DNA from: Raillietiella orientalis
Taxonomy: Eukaryota
Reading direction: 5' to 3'
DNA length: 64,000 bases
Assembly: GCA_036172245.1 (NCBI GenBank)
Contig: JAYWIR010000029.1
Span: forward strand, 992,001-1,056,000
Both the position numbers and the translations under genes were made by a program. The notes under the pieces were generated by a model. That model ran no database searches. It saw only the letters and a list, made by a program, of their open reading frames with translations, and was not told the DNA's origin. Positions 12,911-23,699 of this stretch are shown in pieces. Each line of letters opens with the position of its first letter. Position 1 is the stretch's first letter.

Positions 12911-14420
12911 TTTCTTGCTGTGATGTGAATGATTTTTAAAAAAGCTGCATCACATTTTTATTAACTTTATTGAATTCAATATCAACAGCTCAAAATGGTA
13001 TGCAAACAGTTAATCAGCAGTTACCTTTTTTGAACCTAAAAATAATTTTAAAATGAATTACACTCACACCAAAAATATTTTGGTTAAACATTAGGCAACA
13101 AATATGATTAACTATGTAAAATATTTTCTTCACCTCAACATACCTGACAAACAAATCGTTTAAATTTTAGCACATAATCCAAAAACCTTCAAACATACTT
13201 TATTACATAGTGTAAGATATATGCACAAATACACAAAAACAAACACTAATTAACCTGTTGCTTCTAACCAACTAATAAAACAATTCTTACACAAGAATCC
13301 CTGTTTGGAGACCTTTTCGAAGAAGGATTCACTATCAGTGAGGGCCAAATATTTCAATCAATGCAATATGAATCCGATAGGGGCAGATTTATAATGCATA
13401 ATATAATCCTGTATCATTTTTAAAATGGATATTTTCGTGTATTTGCTTCAAGTAGTAATGATTCTTCCCAAATCCTGTTTTTTTCCAGGTTGGGGAAGAA
13501 TTAAAAAGGAAAACTCACAAATTCAAAGAAAAGCAATAAAGGCATGTGCAATAGCCATTAAAAAATGGTGTAGAACTTCAACTAAAGTATATTTATATAA
13601 AACATCATGAACGGGAAACATTTTTATCAAATCACTAAGTCAGTAACCAATCCAATAATGAAACTATGTAGGAAACTGATAAATGAAGTCGGAAGTGTTT
13701 TTAAGCACTCATTAACTTCATTTGAACAAAAATCACAAATTCCTGATCATTGTATTAATGGCAATGACTAATTTAAATATTTCTGAAATCGAAATAAACC
13801 CCACTGATTTGTCGGTATTTGAATACGAAATACTAGTGTACTTAAAAAATTCAAAGCATGCTAAGTACATGGGGTTGAAGTTTAAGGCAAGGAAAACGGC
13901 TAGCATACGTTACATCGCGACGGAGAAAGACATGAGGCAGCACACAATACTCATAATGCATTTTGCTTTAAAATAATAAAATCGTAAAAATCAGTGTTAT
14001 AAGATCCTTGAGTCATGATAATCCACTTAGTTACAATCAAATGAAACTAAGTTATAAAGCTCTGAATTCAATACTGATAACTTTTTTAGTAGAAGGCAAT
14101 TTCCTTTCTTGGAAAAAGCTAGCAAAACAAAAACCTTGATGAAATTTCCGCCTTAGGTTGCAGAATTGAAATTAATTGCCAGAAAAAGTCCGTTTGTAAA
14201 TGAAGGTGCGAGGAAAAGTTTGAATGCTGTTAAGATCCAAACAGTAAACTTGTGTTAGGTTGCTTCAATTACATGAAGATTGAAAAAAATTATTATTACT
14301 ATAACATAGAAGTCTGAAATGAAATATTGGAAAGTTAGCTTGTTCAGTCAGACTTGTCCGGTGTGGATCTGCATGATGCACTGATGACAAATCCATTCCA
14401 TATTGGTTTAAAGAACCAGG

Positions 14421-17400
14421 ATTCATTGAATTTTGTGAGTCTGCGGTCCGTGGAGTGGTGCTCTGACCCCGTTGACCACGTAGAAAGGAAGGAGTAAAAG
14501 TGTCTTAAAATGCGGCTTACCTGAGCTGGGGCCGAGTGCTCTTGGCGCTAGTCGTCTAGAAAGCTGGCCGACTCGGATTACCTGGCTTGCTTCCCAGCCC
14601 CAGCTTTGTATTCCGCCAGGCATCTGGCTCAGCATTTGCTGAAGACCCCCCCATCATGGCGGAAGGACGCAAGACCTTTTCCGTGACGCAGGACCGCTGC
14701 GTAGTGGTCCATCTCACGGGAATTACCTCCTGCATTCAGAAGAATACGGTGCATACGGAGTTGTGAAAATATGGAACCTTGCACACGCTATGGTCCAAGC
14801 CCAGCCCCTTCGAAGGCTTTGGAAAGCTTTCCAGCGGGCTGGCGGCATTGCGTTCACGGTCCACGAGAACGTTGGTCTTCCCCACGAACTGAAGATCGGC
14901 AACGAGCTGGTAGATCTTTGGTACATGGGGAAGTCCAAGTACCGTGGCCACTGCGATGCTGCGGGACACCTTAAAGAGAAGTGCCCGAACATCCAACGCC
15001 ACGTATGCGGCGAGAAGGGCCACATGCAAAATATGTGCCCTAAACATGCCACCCCGACTCCCCCGCTGGAGCGAGAAAACTCAGGCGAAACGCGCGGCAA
15101 AGAGGGGGAAAAAATTGAGGAGAAAAAAGGTGGGCAACACCAGTAGCCAGAGCCTCAACCTTCCCAGGAAACGTCGGAAAAAGATATTACCGACGATGCT
15201 GGTGACAACGAGCTGGCAGCTGATAAAGTTTAGAAAAAATAAGGTGGAAAAACCTCTTCCGCGAGAAAGTCCGTGTTCGGCGGCTCTTGAACCGGGGGAG
15301 AAATCCTCCTCCCACGTACACACCCCCTCCCTTCCCGCAGCCGCCTACGGAATCCCCTAAGGCGAACCCTCTGTGCAGACGGAGGGAGAACTGCGCACGA
15401 GACGCGCCTGCCGAAGGCGAAGACGCCGCCTTCGAGAAAGAGGCGGTAGAGCTCGTGACAATGCTGCAAAATCCGGAAACCTCGAGAGAAAGACCTTCAG
15501 AGGGCCGGACGCAAGGGAAGGACCGGAGATCGCAGACTCCGATCGCGATGTGAACGCATCTTCCACGGAGACACTCTCCCGGAAGTCTGGACGGAAGTCC
15601 AAGAATTCGAGGAGGCGCATCCCGCCCCGAGGAGAGGGGCATGAACCAGCATTCGAGGGGGAAGCAGGCAGCGTGGAAACGCAGAAATCCCTCGATGGGA
15701 ATCTGCCACTTCCCGATGCTGAGAAGGCAACCCCCATGGTGGTGGACGAGCAGGGGCAACAGGTCGTTGACGCCCCTGCTTGCATCCCACCCGATCAGGT
15801 GTCGGAAGTTACAGCGCCAATTTCCCAGGAGCAACACCTGGGTTCCAGCACATGCCTGAAGTGGTCGGACAATGCTGATTTCCCACTCCTGAGCACAGCT
15901 GGAGTACGCCACTTTATATGAATATTGTCAACAATTCAGAGAGGTCGTCGATCCGAACGAAATTCAGCTGGTTTCGCATCGGTCCCTCGCCGATGCGAAA
16001 CCAGCTGAAGACGGAGATCCACGTGGAGGCTCAATCGGCACCGCTCTCGGTGGAGAGGAAGCACACAGATACGCGCTCTTTCGTAGCTCAACATGAGGTC
16101 TCCACCTTCATGGATATACCCACCGCATCGGAGAGCGAGAGATAGCACCATGGTAGGCTGCTGCTCCACCTCCGATGACGACAACTCCCAAGCGGAGAGA
16201 TCAGTGGAATGGCACTCTGGCCAAACAGGACAGCGAAAGACCCTGGCGAAGTCCAAAAAGAAAAGACAGGCGGCGCCTTCCACATCCTCCCGCTCTCGCC
16301 ACTAGATCATGGTGCAGTTCCTGTCGTCTGTAGGAAAAATCAGGGTTGCATCCTGGAATCTGAATGGATGCAGCCACCCGAAAAGGAGGAGGCAGCAGGG
16401 GTGGCTTCTTATTCAAGAGAGCATCTGCTGCCTTCGGCAAATTCACCAGCCAACCCCGGAAATAGAAAGGGGGCGCAACCAGGAGTCGCGGGGGCAGCTC
16501 TTCGTCAACCAGGCGAATCCTGTCGGAAAGGGGTCGCCATTCTGGTGATCAACAGCCTCTCATCGGACATCCTGGTGAGGGATGTATTCCAAAGTATTCC
16601 AAAGATGGGGAGGCCGCGTCCTGGGACTCCGGATGGCGGGGTACGGAAGCATTCGCCTGTTTGTCGTGAACCTGTACGGACTACTGCTGAAGAAGGAAGT
16701 CTTCGCGAGGGCCCTCGTGCACCTCATCAAGAACAAGATGACGGTGAAGGACGTCCTCATCCTGGTGAGGGACCTCAACATCAGCTTGAACGGCGACCGG
16801 CATCACGGAGTGCGCGCAGCAAACATCCACCATCGGCTGGCAGAGGAGGTCGCCCTCACGTGCACGGGGACGAACCTCACACAAGTCGACTACGTGCTGT
16901 AGTCGGAGAGCCCTGAACAACCACATCCAGGGGATCCGGGAGTTGAATACCGGAATCCCAGACCATCCCCGGCTGAAGCTCCGGATGCAGGCGAAGAATC
17001 CTAGGACGGAACACTCGGAGTCTCGGATGGCACTCATCTTCATGTCCGAATGGCATGCGTGCTAACCCAGTACCAACGCGTCATGGAGACCATAATGTCC
17101 ATGACCACCATCGAGTGCGTGGAAGACCTGAGGCATAAAGTCCACATTTTCAACCATGCAGTTTAGAGGCAGGAGACTACGTGAGGAAATGTACAGGGAG
17201 ATTCACCAGCAACATCCCTACCACTCTGAGTACTGGAAGGAGTATCAGAGACGACAGGATCGCAGGGTCAGGACATTAGACGTCTGGAGGAAAACAAACT
17301 CCAAACCAACAACTTTTACGCCAACCATTACGGCCGAGACTGCCGAACCTTGAATTAGGTGCTGGAAGCTTTCCAGCACCACTACACTGAGCTGTTTAGC

Positions 17401-19430
17401 AGAAGTTTAGACCCGGGAGCTCAGGAATGCATTCTCCGTGAAGAATCGCCTGATCTCCCAAGAAATCAATGAAATGGGTAAGGGCTTCTCCTTGGACGAG
17501 ATCAAGACGATGTTTGAAGCACTGAGCAAGGACGTGGCGGCGGGCCGTGACAGCGTACCTGTCGTACACCATCGGTGGTACCTGCCGCCTACCTACGTCT
17601 GTTCCGACAACTGCTGGGCTGCATCGCCAGGGAACTGACTGCCCTCCTCCTTCCACCGAAGCAAGAGCGGCTACTCACCAAGAGTGGCGGGGACCTCCAC
17701 ACGGCCATTCGGTGTAGACCTATCTCCATCCTGCACTCGGATGTGAAGTGGATGACGAAGATCTGGAACCATGAACTCAGCGATCACTCCCACATAGACG
17801 TGTGCAGTGCCTGACGGACGGAGATATGGGATAACATCAAGTGTACCTAGGCTCTAATCAGATACTGTCGTATCCTAGGAAACAACCTGGTGCTGGACCT
17901 CATCGACACAAGGAAGGCCTTCGGCTCGGTGGACCACGACTTGCTGTCGAAAATCCTTCGCAAGATGGGCTTCCAAGGAAAATTTCTGCAGCACGTGGGA
18001 CGCACCCTCGAAGAAGCGAATTTCTGACTGAGCATCAACGGTCAAACCATCGAAAGCATCAAAATAAAAGGAGTACGACAGGGAGACGCCCTAAACCTCA
18101 TGCTCTCCGTCATCTACATGAAGGCCTTGGAAGCCCTGGTCGCCAACGAGGTCTGACTGAAGGGTATGGCCCTGGAAGAGGTGACCATCACACACCTGGC
18201 CTACGCTGACGATCTAACTTGGTTCGTCATGTCTGATTAACAGGATCAAGGAGAGTTCCTCGACATCCTGCAGACCATGGAGCGTGGACTTGGACTAAAA
18301 GTAAATCCGATCAAATCCTGCCTGCTGGCCTTGGGAGTCCCTGACGTTACCGTCCTTCACTGTTCCACATCGCCGACCGGGCGAAGTATTTAGGAAAACT
18401 CATCGGCGACGAAGACGCGGCAGTCGAAATGTAATGACAGTGCATCTTTGACAAAATGAGGGAAGAAATCCACCTGTACAAGGGGACCATTCTCTCCTTC
18501 AAGGACAAAGACAACCTCGGGAATGGAGCGATTGCACCGAAGTTTCTCTTCGCAGTGTCCATCGTAAAAATGCCAAAGAAGGTAACCAAAGAAGACCATC
18601 CAAACCATCCAGCGAAACTTGGTGCGGAATGAAAGACCAAAAGTGAAGGTAAAGAACCTATGTCGTTTGAGGACGGAAGGAGGCACTGGCATGCGAGAAA
18701 TCGCCAGCGCCGTGAAGCTGCAGGACTGGAAACACCTGATACGTCAGCGAGTGGGACGAACGGCCGTTCGTGTTCCACAGAGCCTATGCAAGGTTGGTCC
18801 AAGGAGGCGACTGGCTGATGTCCGCCATGCCATTTCCAATCCAGGTAATGGAAAGTCATCGACCCCACCTGGTCGAGGTGATGCAAACTCTCGTGAAGAA
18901 ACTGAAATTGAAGATCGTCTCAGAAGTCGAGAACTCTGGCATGAGGAATTCAACATGGTGATTCCGTTATTTATCAACGTCCCATGGGAAACGCAAGCCT
19001 GGCTCTGCAAACACAAGAAACTCTCCATGTTAGCGACTATCCACCAGCGGAGTCATCTACGCGGTGAGTGTCCTCGTATAACTAAGACCCATCGCAAGCA
19101 GGCTGCAAAGATTCCACGCAACAGCAACTGGTGATTCCATTCACTTATTTCTATGATTTAGCTCTAATTTCATGTAGTTATTTTCGTCTTCTGTTCTTCA
19201 GCTTCTATTGCATTTATTTATTCATACACCTCAGCATTGTTCCCGTGCCTCTTGTGGTCTGTATGCTGGCGTATCCCGCATTGTATTTGAAAGGCATTCT
19301 TTTCTATACTGCTTTCCTTACTTTCAAGTCAGCATCTCGGCATGGCCAAGTTCAATTCCAAAGCCAGAAAGACTCTTTGGGTTTCCATGGATATGGAAAG
19401 GAAAGGAAATCTTTTCTTTTTTTGTTTTAC
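14421..19430 (+). mobile_element. Degenerate near-full-length non-LTR retrotransposon, L1/Tx1 clade (ORF1 about 14656-16305; ORF2 APE+RT about 16309-19134; T-rich 3' UTR)
   Basis: ORF1 has decayed CCHC knuckles (GHCDAAGHLKEKC, HVCGEKGHMQNMC). APE motifs: VASWNLNG, LIQE, GVAILV, VVNLYG, VDYVL, PDH. RT motifs: RPISILHSDVK, DTRKAFGSVDH, GVRQGD, HLAYADD, KYLG, then RLRTEGGTG. Many frameshifts and stops; ends are approximate and no TSD was found. Confidence 0.9.
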
Positions 19431-19487
19431 TGACCCTTATTTCTGGAATTATCGAGAAGCACGGATGATAATAAGGTTACATTCCAC

Positions 19488-19830
19488 CTACTCATGAATA
19501 AAACAGTAAATGACACGGGGTGACAAGAGGACTTCAATGAGCGGTTCGCCTGACCTGAGCTCGTGAGCCACTTGTTCCAACGCATAACGACCCCTCCTCG
19601 CTTTTTCTTTCCTACAACCTGCCCCCACCAGTGCGCAAACTCGAAGAGCCTCCCACAGGCAAATGCCGCACACCTACCAAGGATAGAGTGATCTGGACCA
19701 CCGGCTTGTTAAAGCGACTGCGAAATCTCCAGTGAAGCGCGCCCCATGGAAACCGTTCGGACTGCGCCCACGTATCCGGTGGTGTCTGACCGTGCTCCAT
19801 ATTTGTTCGGTGTACGCCATTCGCGTTCCT
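19488..19830 (-). mobile_element. GC-rich fragment, possibly the 3' end of another retroelement ORF in the opposite orientation
   Basis: Composition resembles the adjacent retroelements; translations such as QIWSTV and CLWEALR loosely recall L1 ORF2 C-termini; no diagnostic motif. Confidence 0.2.
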
Positions 19831-19850
19831 ACTGCTTCCTTAGTTATTCA

Positions 19851-22808
19851 TCCGGTTGGTGCAAAAATGACTGCAGTTTTTACATATCGAGTATAAAGAC
19901 GCATACACCAGTTAAAAATTATATTTATTTATCAAAATAAAGACCATTGGTCTGCAAACATCCCCCCAACGGGAAATAAACTTTGCTTATTTCTTACTAC
20001 AAGATAGAATTCTGGAGTCCTGGAATTAACGAATTCATCGAAAGCGCCTTGATCTGACGCTTGATCTCTGATAACCTTCTCTTTCGTAAGAAATTACTGA
20101 AATGCTTTAAAAAATGATAATCTGTCGGAGAGAGGTTCGGAGAACGAGGTGGGTGAGGTGAGGTCTCACAAATAGGTTCATTTCATTTTTTTAAAGTCAT
20201 TTGTGAGACGTGTGGTTGGGCGCTGTCATGAAGAAGAATTGGTCCTCTTCGATCGACTTATGCTGGTCGGAAACGTTGCAGCTTTCCGTGCATTTTTTCG
20301 ATTTCCTGACAATATTTTTCTGCTGCTGTTGTTTCAGCAGGATTTAAGAAGTCGTGGTGAACGATGCTGCTAACCGACCACTTAACAGTGACATCTTAAC
20401 ATCTTTTTCTCATGAAACAAAGAGATTGAGGAAACTGGTTTTGGTGCTCCTCGGTTCCAGCCCCTCTGGTAAACGTTTTCGATTGTAGTAGAGAATCCAC
20501 TTTTCATCACAATGCCATCAAGAAAGAGATCATTTTTTTGTTACGCAAAAGAAGCCCAGAACGGACGTCGTGTCGCCGAATTGCCTGATGTGCTTTTGGC
20601 TCCGAAGTCGCAAACTCAAACGCAGTAAAGGGCCATTCCATCAGATGTGTATCAGATGCGGGTCGTGTTCAATAGTATTCTGTGGACCAAAACGTAAACT
20701 GAAAAAGAAGATGCTCTAACAAAGACCATTTTATTGCCAGACTTTACAACTTACGTAAACAGTTACACCGACAGTTAAATTGTAAAAATATGGCAAGTTT
20801 AACAAGTATAAGTTCAGTTACGTTTTATTCCGCTTTAAGAAGATCATTATAATAGACAATTTGGACTGGCTAAAATTAATATTTTAATCTACGAATCCTT
20901 TTTTAAATTTGATTTTGGTCCCCAAAGCTGACATCTTTTCCTCTGTACTAACATGTCAATATCTGCTCTTTGCTTTATGCAATACGAAGTATTGTGGACA
21001 CAATGGGCAAAAAATACAAATTATCGGGGTAACTTATTACTAACACACTATCGCATTACAATGGCAACGCGCAATCTATTGACATCGTATCACGTGAATT
21101 AAAATGATATTAACGTGACATTTAAATTCCATTAACCGTTGGCAACATTTCATGATAGAAAAATGGTCCAAAGAACTATAGTAGTAAGTTTTGCCTTTTT
21201 TTAGAGCTGACACAAAACAAATGAAAGGATACTTTTTTTTTGTTTTGTCCACTGCAAGATTCGAGAAACATCAATTTTTAGAAAAAAAAAACACCAAGGT
21301 CTCGAGGGCCCGATAGGAAGTCTTTTTTTTTTGGTTCGCTAAGTACTTCAAGAGTCGGTTGCATGCTTGGCGGCGTACGGACTGACTCTAAACACACTGT
21401 TTTGTTTCCGCGCCACTCCGCCTGCGGTAGCCCGCAGGAGGGCGTCTAATTCTTCAAGATAGGGGGCACCCCGGAAGGGGGGGGGTTCGCCCTATGAATC
21501 CAGGAAGGGCTCGGAGTCCGTTCCTCTCACGCTTGGGGAGGGATCCCACCCGGACGGGGAAGATCACATCTCCAACCCTGGTTGTCTCCGAAGGGGAACC
21601 CCGAAGGGAATCTCATTCCTCATTCTCTCCGGAGGGACACACCCTGGGAGGGGGGTGGTCCTCTCCATTTCAACTTCTTGAAGGGAACCCGGAAAGGATC
21701 CGCTTGTAGGAATTTCTTCTCCGGAGGGAACCCGCAAGGGAACCGCTCCTGTTCACTCCTCTGAAGAGAACTCCGAAGGGACGCTTCCGAAACTCAGAAG
21801 GGGCGCTACAGCTTCCCTCAGGGAATCGCTCTCGCTTGCTTCCTTGCACTCTATGAAGAGGCGACGACTCGGAGGGTCCCACCCGCAACAGGGGGGGCCG
21901 CTCCTTTGAACAACTGGAGAGGTACCCGTGAGGGCTCCTGCTCCATCTTGAAACCGGAGGGGTCCCCCAGTGAGGGCGTCCGCTCTCCGTTGCACGACCG
22001 GAGGAGGAACTCCCCCCTCCTTTATTCCTGGGAGGACCCGAAGGTCAATTTCCCATTGTTCCGGCCTTCATCGGGGGCCTCCCGGCTTTATCCACCGCCG
22101 GTGCCACGCCCGAATGATTAGGCCAACCAGCGCCATTGCAGGAGAAACTCTGAACCCAACGACGCAGTGGCGTCAGTTTCTGCCGGAGTGTTCGATCCCA
22201 CGACGCATGGTGCCACGCATAAAGCCGGCGACGTGGACCTCCAGTTTTCAATCCCTGGTTTAGCTCATGCGGCACCCATTTATACACCTTTTTTGTTTTT
22301 CCAATCAGGCCCAAATGTCGTGCAACTGTTGAATGATCACATTGAGTTCTTCTGTTACCTCTCGAGTTGTTTTACGTGGGTCCGCTTCAGTGATGGTCCT
22401 TAAATCATGACTGCCTGTAGCTGAAGGATGTTCACGACTCTCATCACTTTCGAGGCTTTCGTTTCCATCGCGAAATTTTTGGAACCAGTGTTGAGCTGTA
22501 CGTCCACTAATTGATTCTTCGCCAAAAACAAATTCGATATTCCTAGCACTTTTTGTTGCTCTATATCCCAATTTAAACTCTTACAACAAAATTGCACGAA
22601 TTTGCTTTTTTTCCCCACGGCTAATTTAAAAAATTGTATCCAGCAATACTAAAGAATGAAAAGAATAGGCATGAGCCGGAATCAATAGTGCCAATTTCAT
22701 TGCTTACAATGATGTATCACATGACTATAACAAAAGATAACGGTAACTACAAAAATCTGCAGCCCACTTAAAACGATAAAAACCACAATCATTTTTGCAC
22801 CAACCTAA
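19851..22808 (-). mobile_element. Degenerate mariner DNA transposon (Hsmar1/cecropia-like), split by an insertion at about 20591-22254
   Basis: 30-bp TIRs: tccggttggtgcaaaaatgactgcagtttt (19851-19880) and aaaaccacaatcatttttgcaccaacctaa (22779-22808) followed by TA. Transposase motifs on minus: RTAQHWFQKFRDGNESLES, WVPHELNQ | HQAIRR..LLLRN, CDEKWILYYNRKR, LLHDSAQPH, PHPPRSPNLSPTDYH. Confidence 0.93.
21333..22254 (+). ncRNA. Unidentified GC-rich, highly structured putative RNA element (tandem hairpin array plus a 3' multi-stem domain)
   Basis: Continuous run of hairpins with GNRA loops (cccGCAAggg, cccGTGAggg, ccccGGAAgggg); G-U wobbles favour the + strand; a GRAG...GCTYC stem base recurs; no convincing ORF. 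The family was not recognised. Confidence 0.45.
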
Positions 22809-23699
22809 TAATCCTACTAATGTCTATAATATCACCACAGTATCTCCTCGCACTTCCAAACGCTATATCAGTTGTCATTCTGTCTTCCTATCACACGTGT
22901 GCTGTGCTAATATCCTCAAATTGAAGGATATTCCTCAGCAAAACATAATTTGATTTGTTTCTGTGTACGTTTTTTGAAGTGTTCATAAACTTGGCTACTG
23001 ACGGCAGATCACGGTTTATTAAATTACTCGTTCCAAGTTTTCTGCACAACGTAGGACGCAATCATTACTTTTGCAGCCTGTTGCAGGAACAATTTTCTTT
23101 AAAGATGACCAAATTCTAAACTCTAAATTCTACCTCACGAATTACTGACAGTGTATGAGACCCATGAAACTCTTAAAAGTTTAACAAGATGAAGTATTGA
23201 TGGAAGTTAGCGGGAAATGATCGTACCACGCCGATTAATGCTACAGCGAAATAAAAAAAAAAAAAAAAAAAAAAGTTCAAAGTAATAGAACAGCTACAGA
23301 CCTTGTGCAGTTGTTCTATTACATTCATGGTTATTTGGAAAATGTAAATTAAATCCTTTTTTCCTATGAATAGAAGACCAACTCTTCTGACCGTTCATAT
23401 TTCCTTGCAGAAATCACTCCCTGCACAGGCAAATCCAAAAAAATCTAAGGATCTATAGCAAAGCTCTGCATCACCGCGAACTTTGATTTTACCAGATTTC
23501 ACGAATGATTCAGAATTTGCTTCAAACTACATCGTCCACTTTTTTTTTGAACAATAACAAAATTACTTCATGCTTCTGTAAAAGCTACGTTTATAATTCA
23601 GTTCACTACCAAAGTGTAGTTCTTATTCTTTCTCCTTAAGATTTGTTTGTATTATTTATGGCATCCTGTTTTCCCCTTAGTGACTAGTTAATCTGAGTT

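Noticed and set aside
15081..16446. Long antisense ORFs over retroelement ORF1
   Set aside because: Shadow frames of GC-rich TE coding sequence
20676..21178. Imperfect inverted repeat tattctgtggacca / tggtccaaagaacta as possible MITE ends
   Set aside because: Short, mismatched and without a clear TSD
21761..21805. Hammerhead core CTGAAGA...GAAAC
   Set aside because: Stem II closes poorly, there is no NUH after stem III and no stem I partner
21590..22055. CRISPR-like reading of the regularly spaced modules
   Set aside because: The variable sequence lies inside each hairpin and is self-paired, the repeats are not identical, there are no cas genes, and the context is eukaryotic
21298..22245. 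rDNA ITS2, RNase P/MRP, 7SK, SRP or telomerase RNA identity for the island
   Set aside because: No 5.8S/28S flanks beyond short chance-level similarity; no P4 motifs, GATC pair, Alu/S domain or TTAGG template found by eye; still worth an Infernal check
23253..23274. A22 tract as a retrocopy tail (also T-runs near 3690 and 38210)
   Set aside because: No identifiable upstream element or TSD
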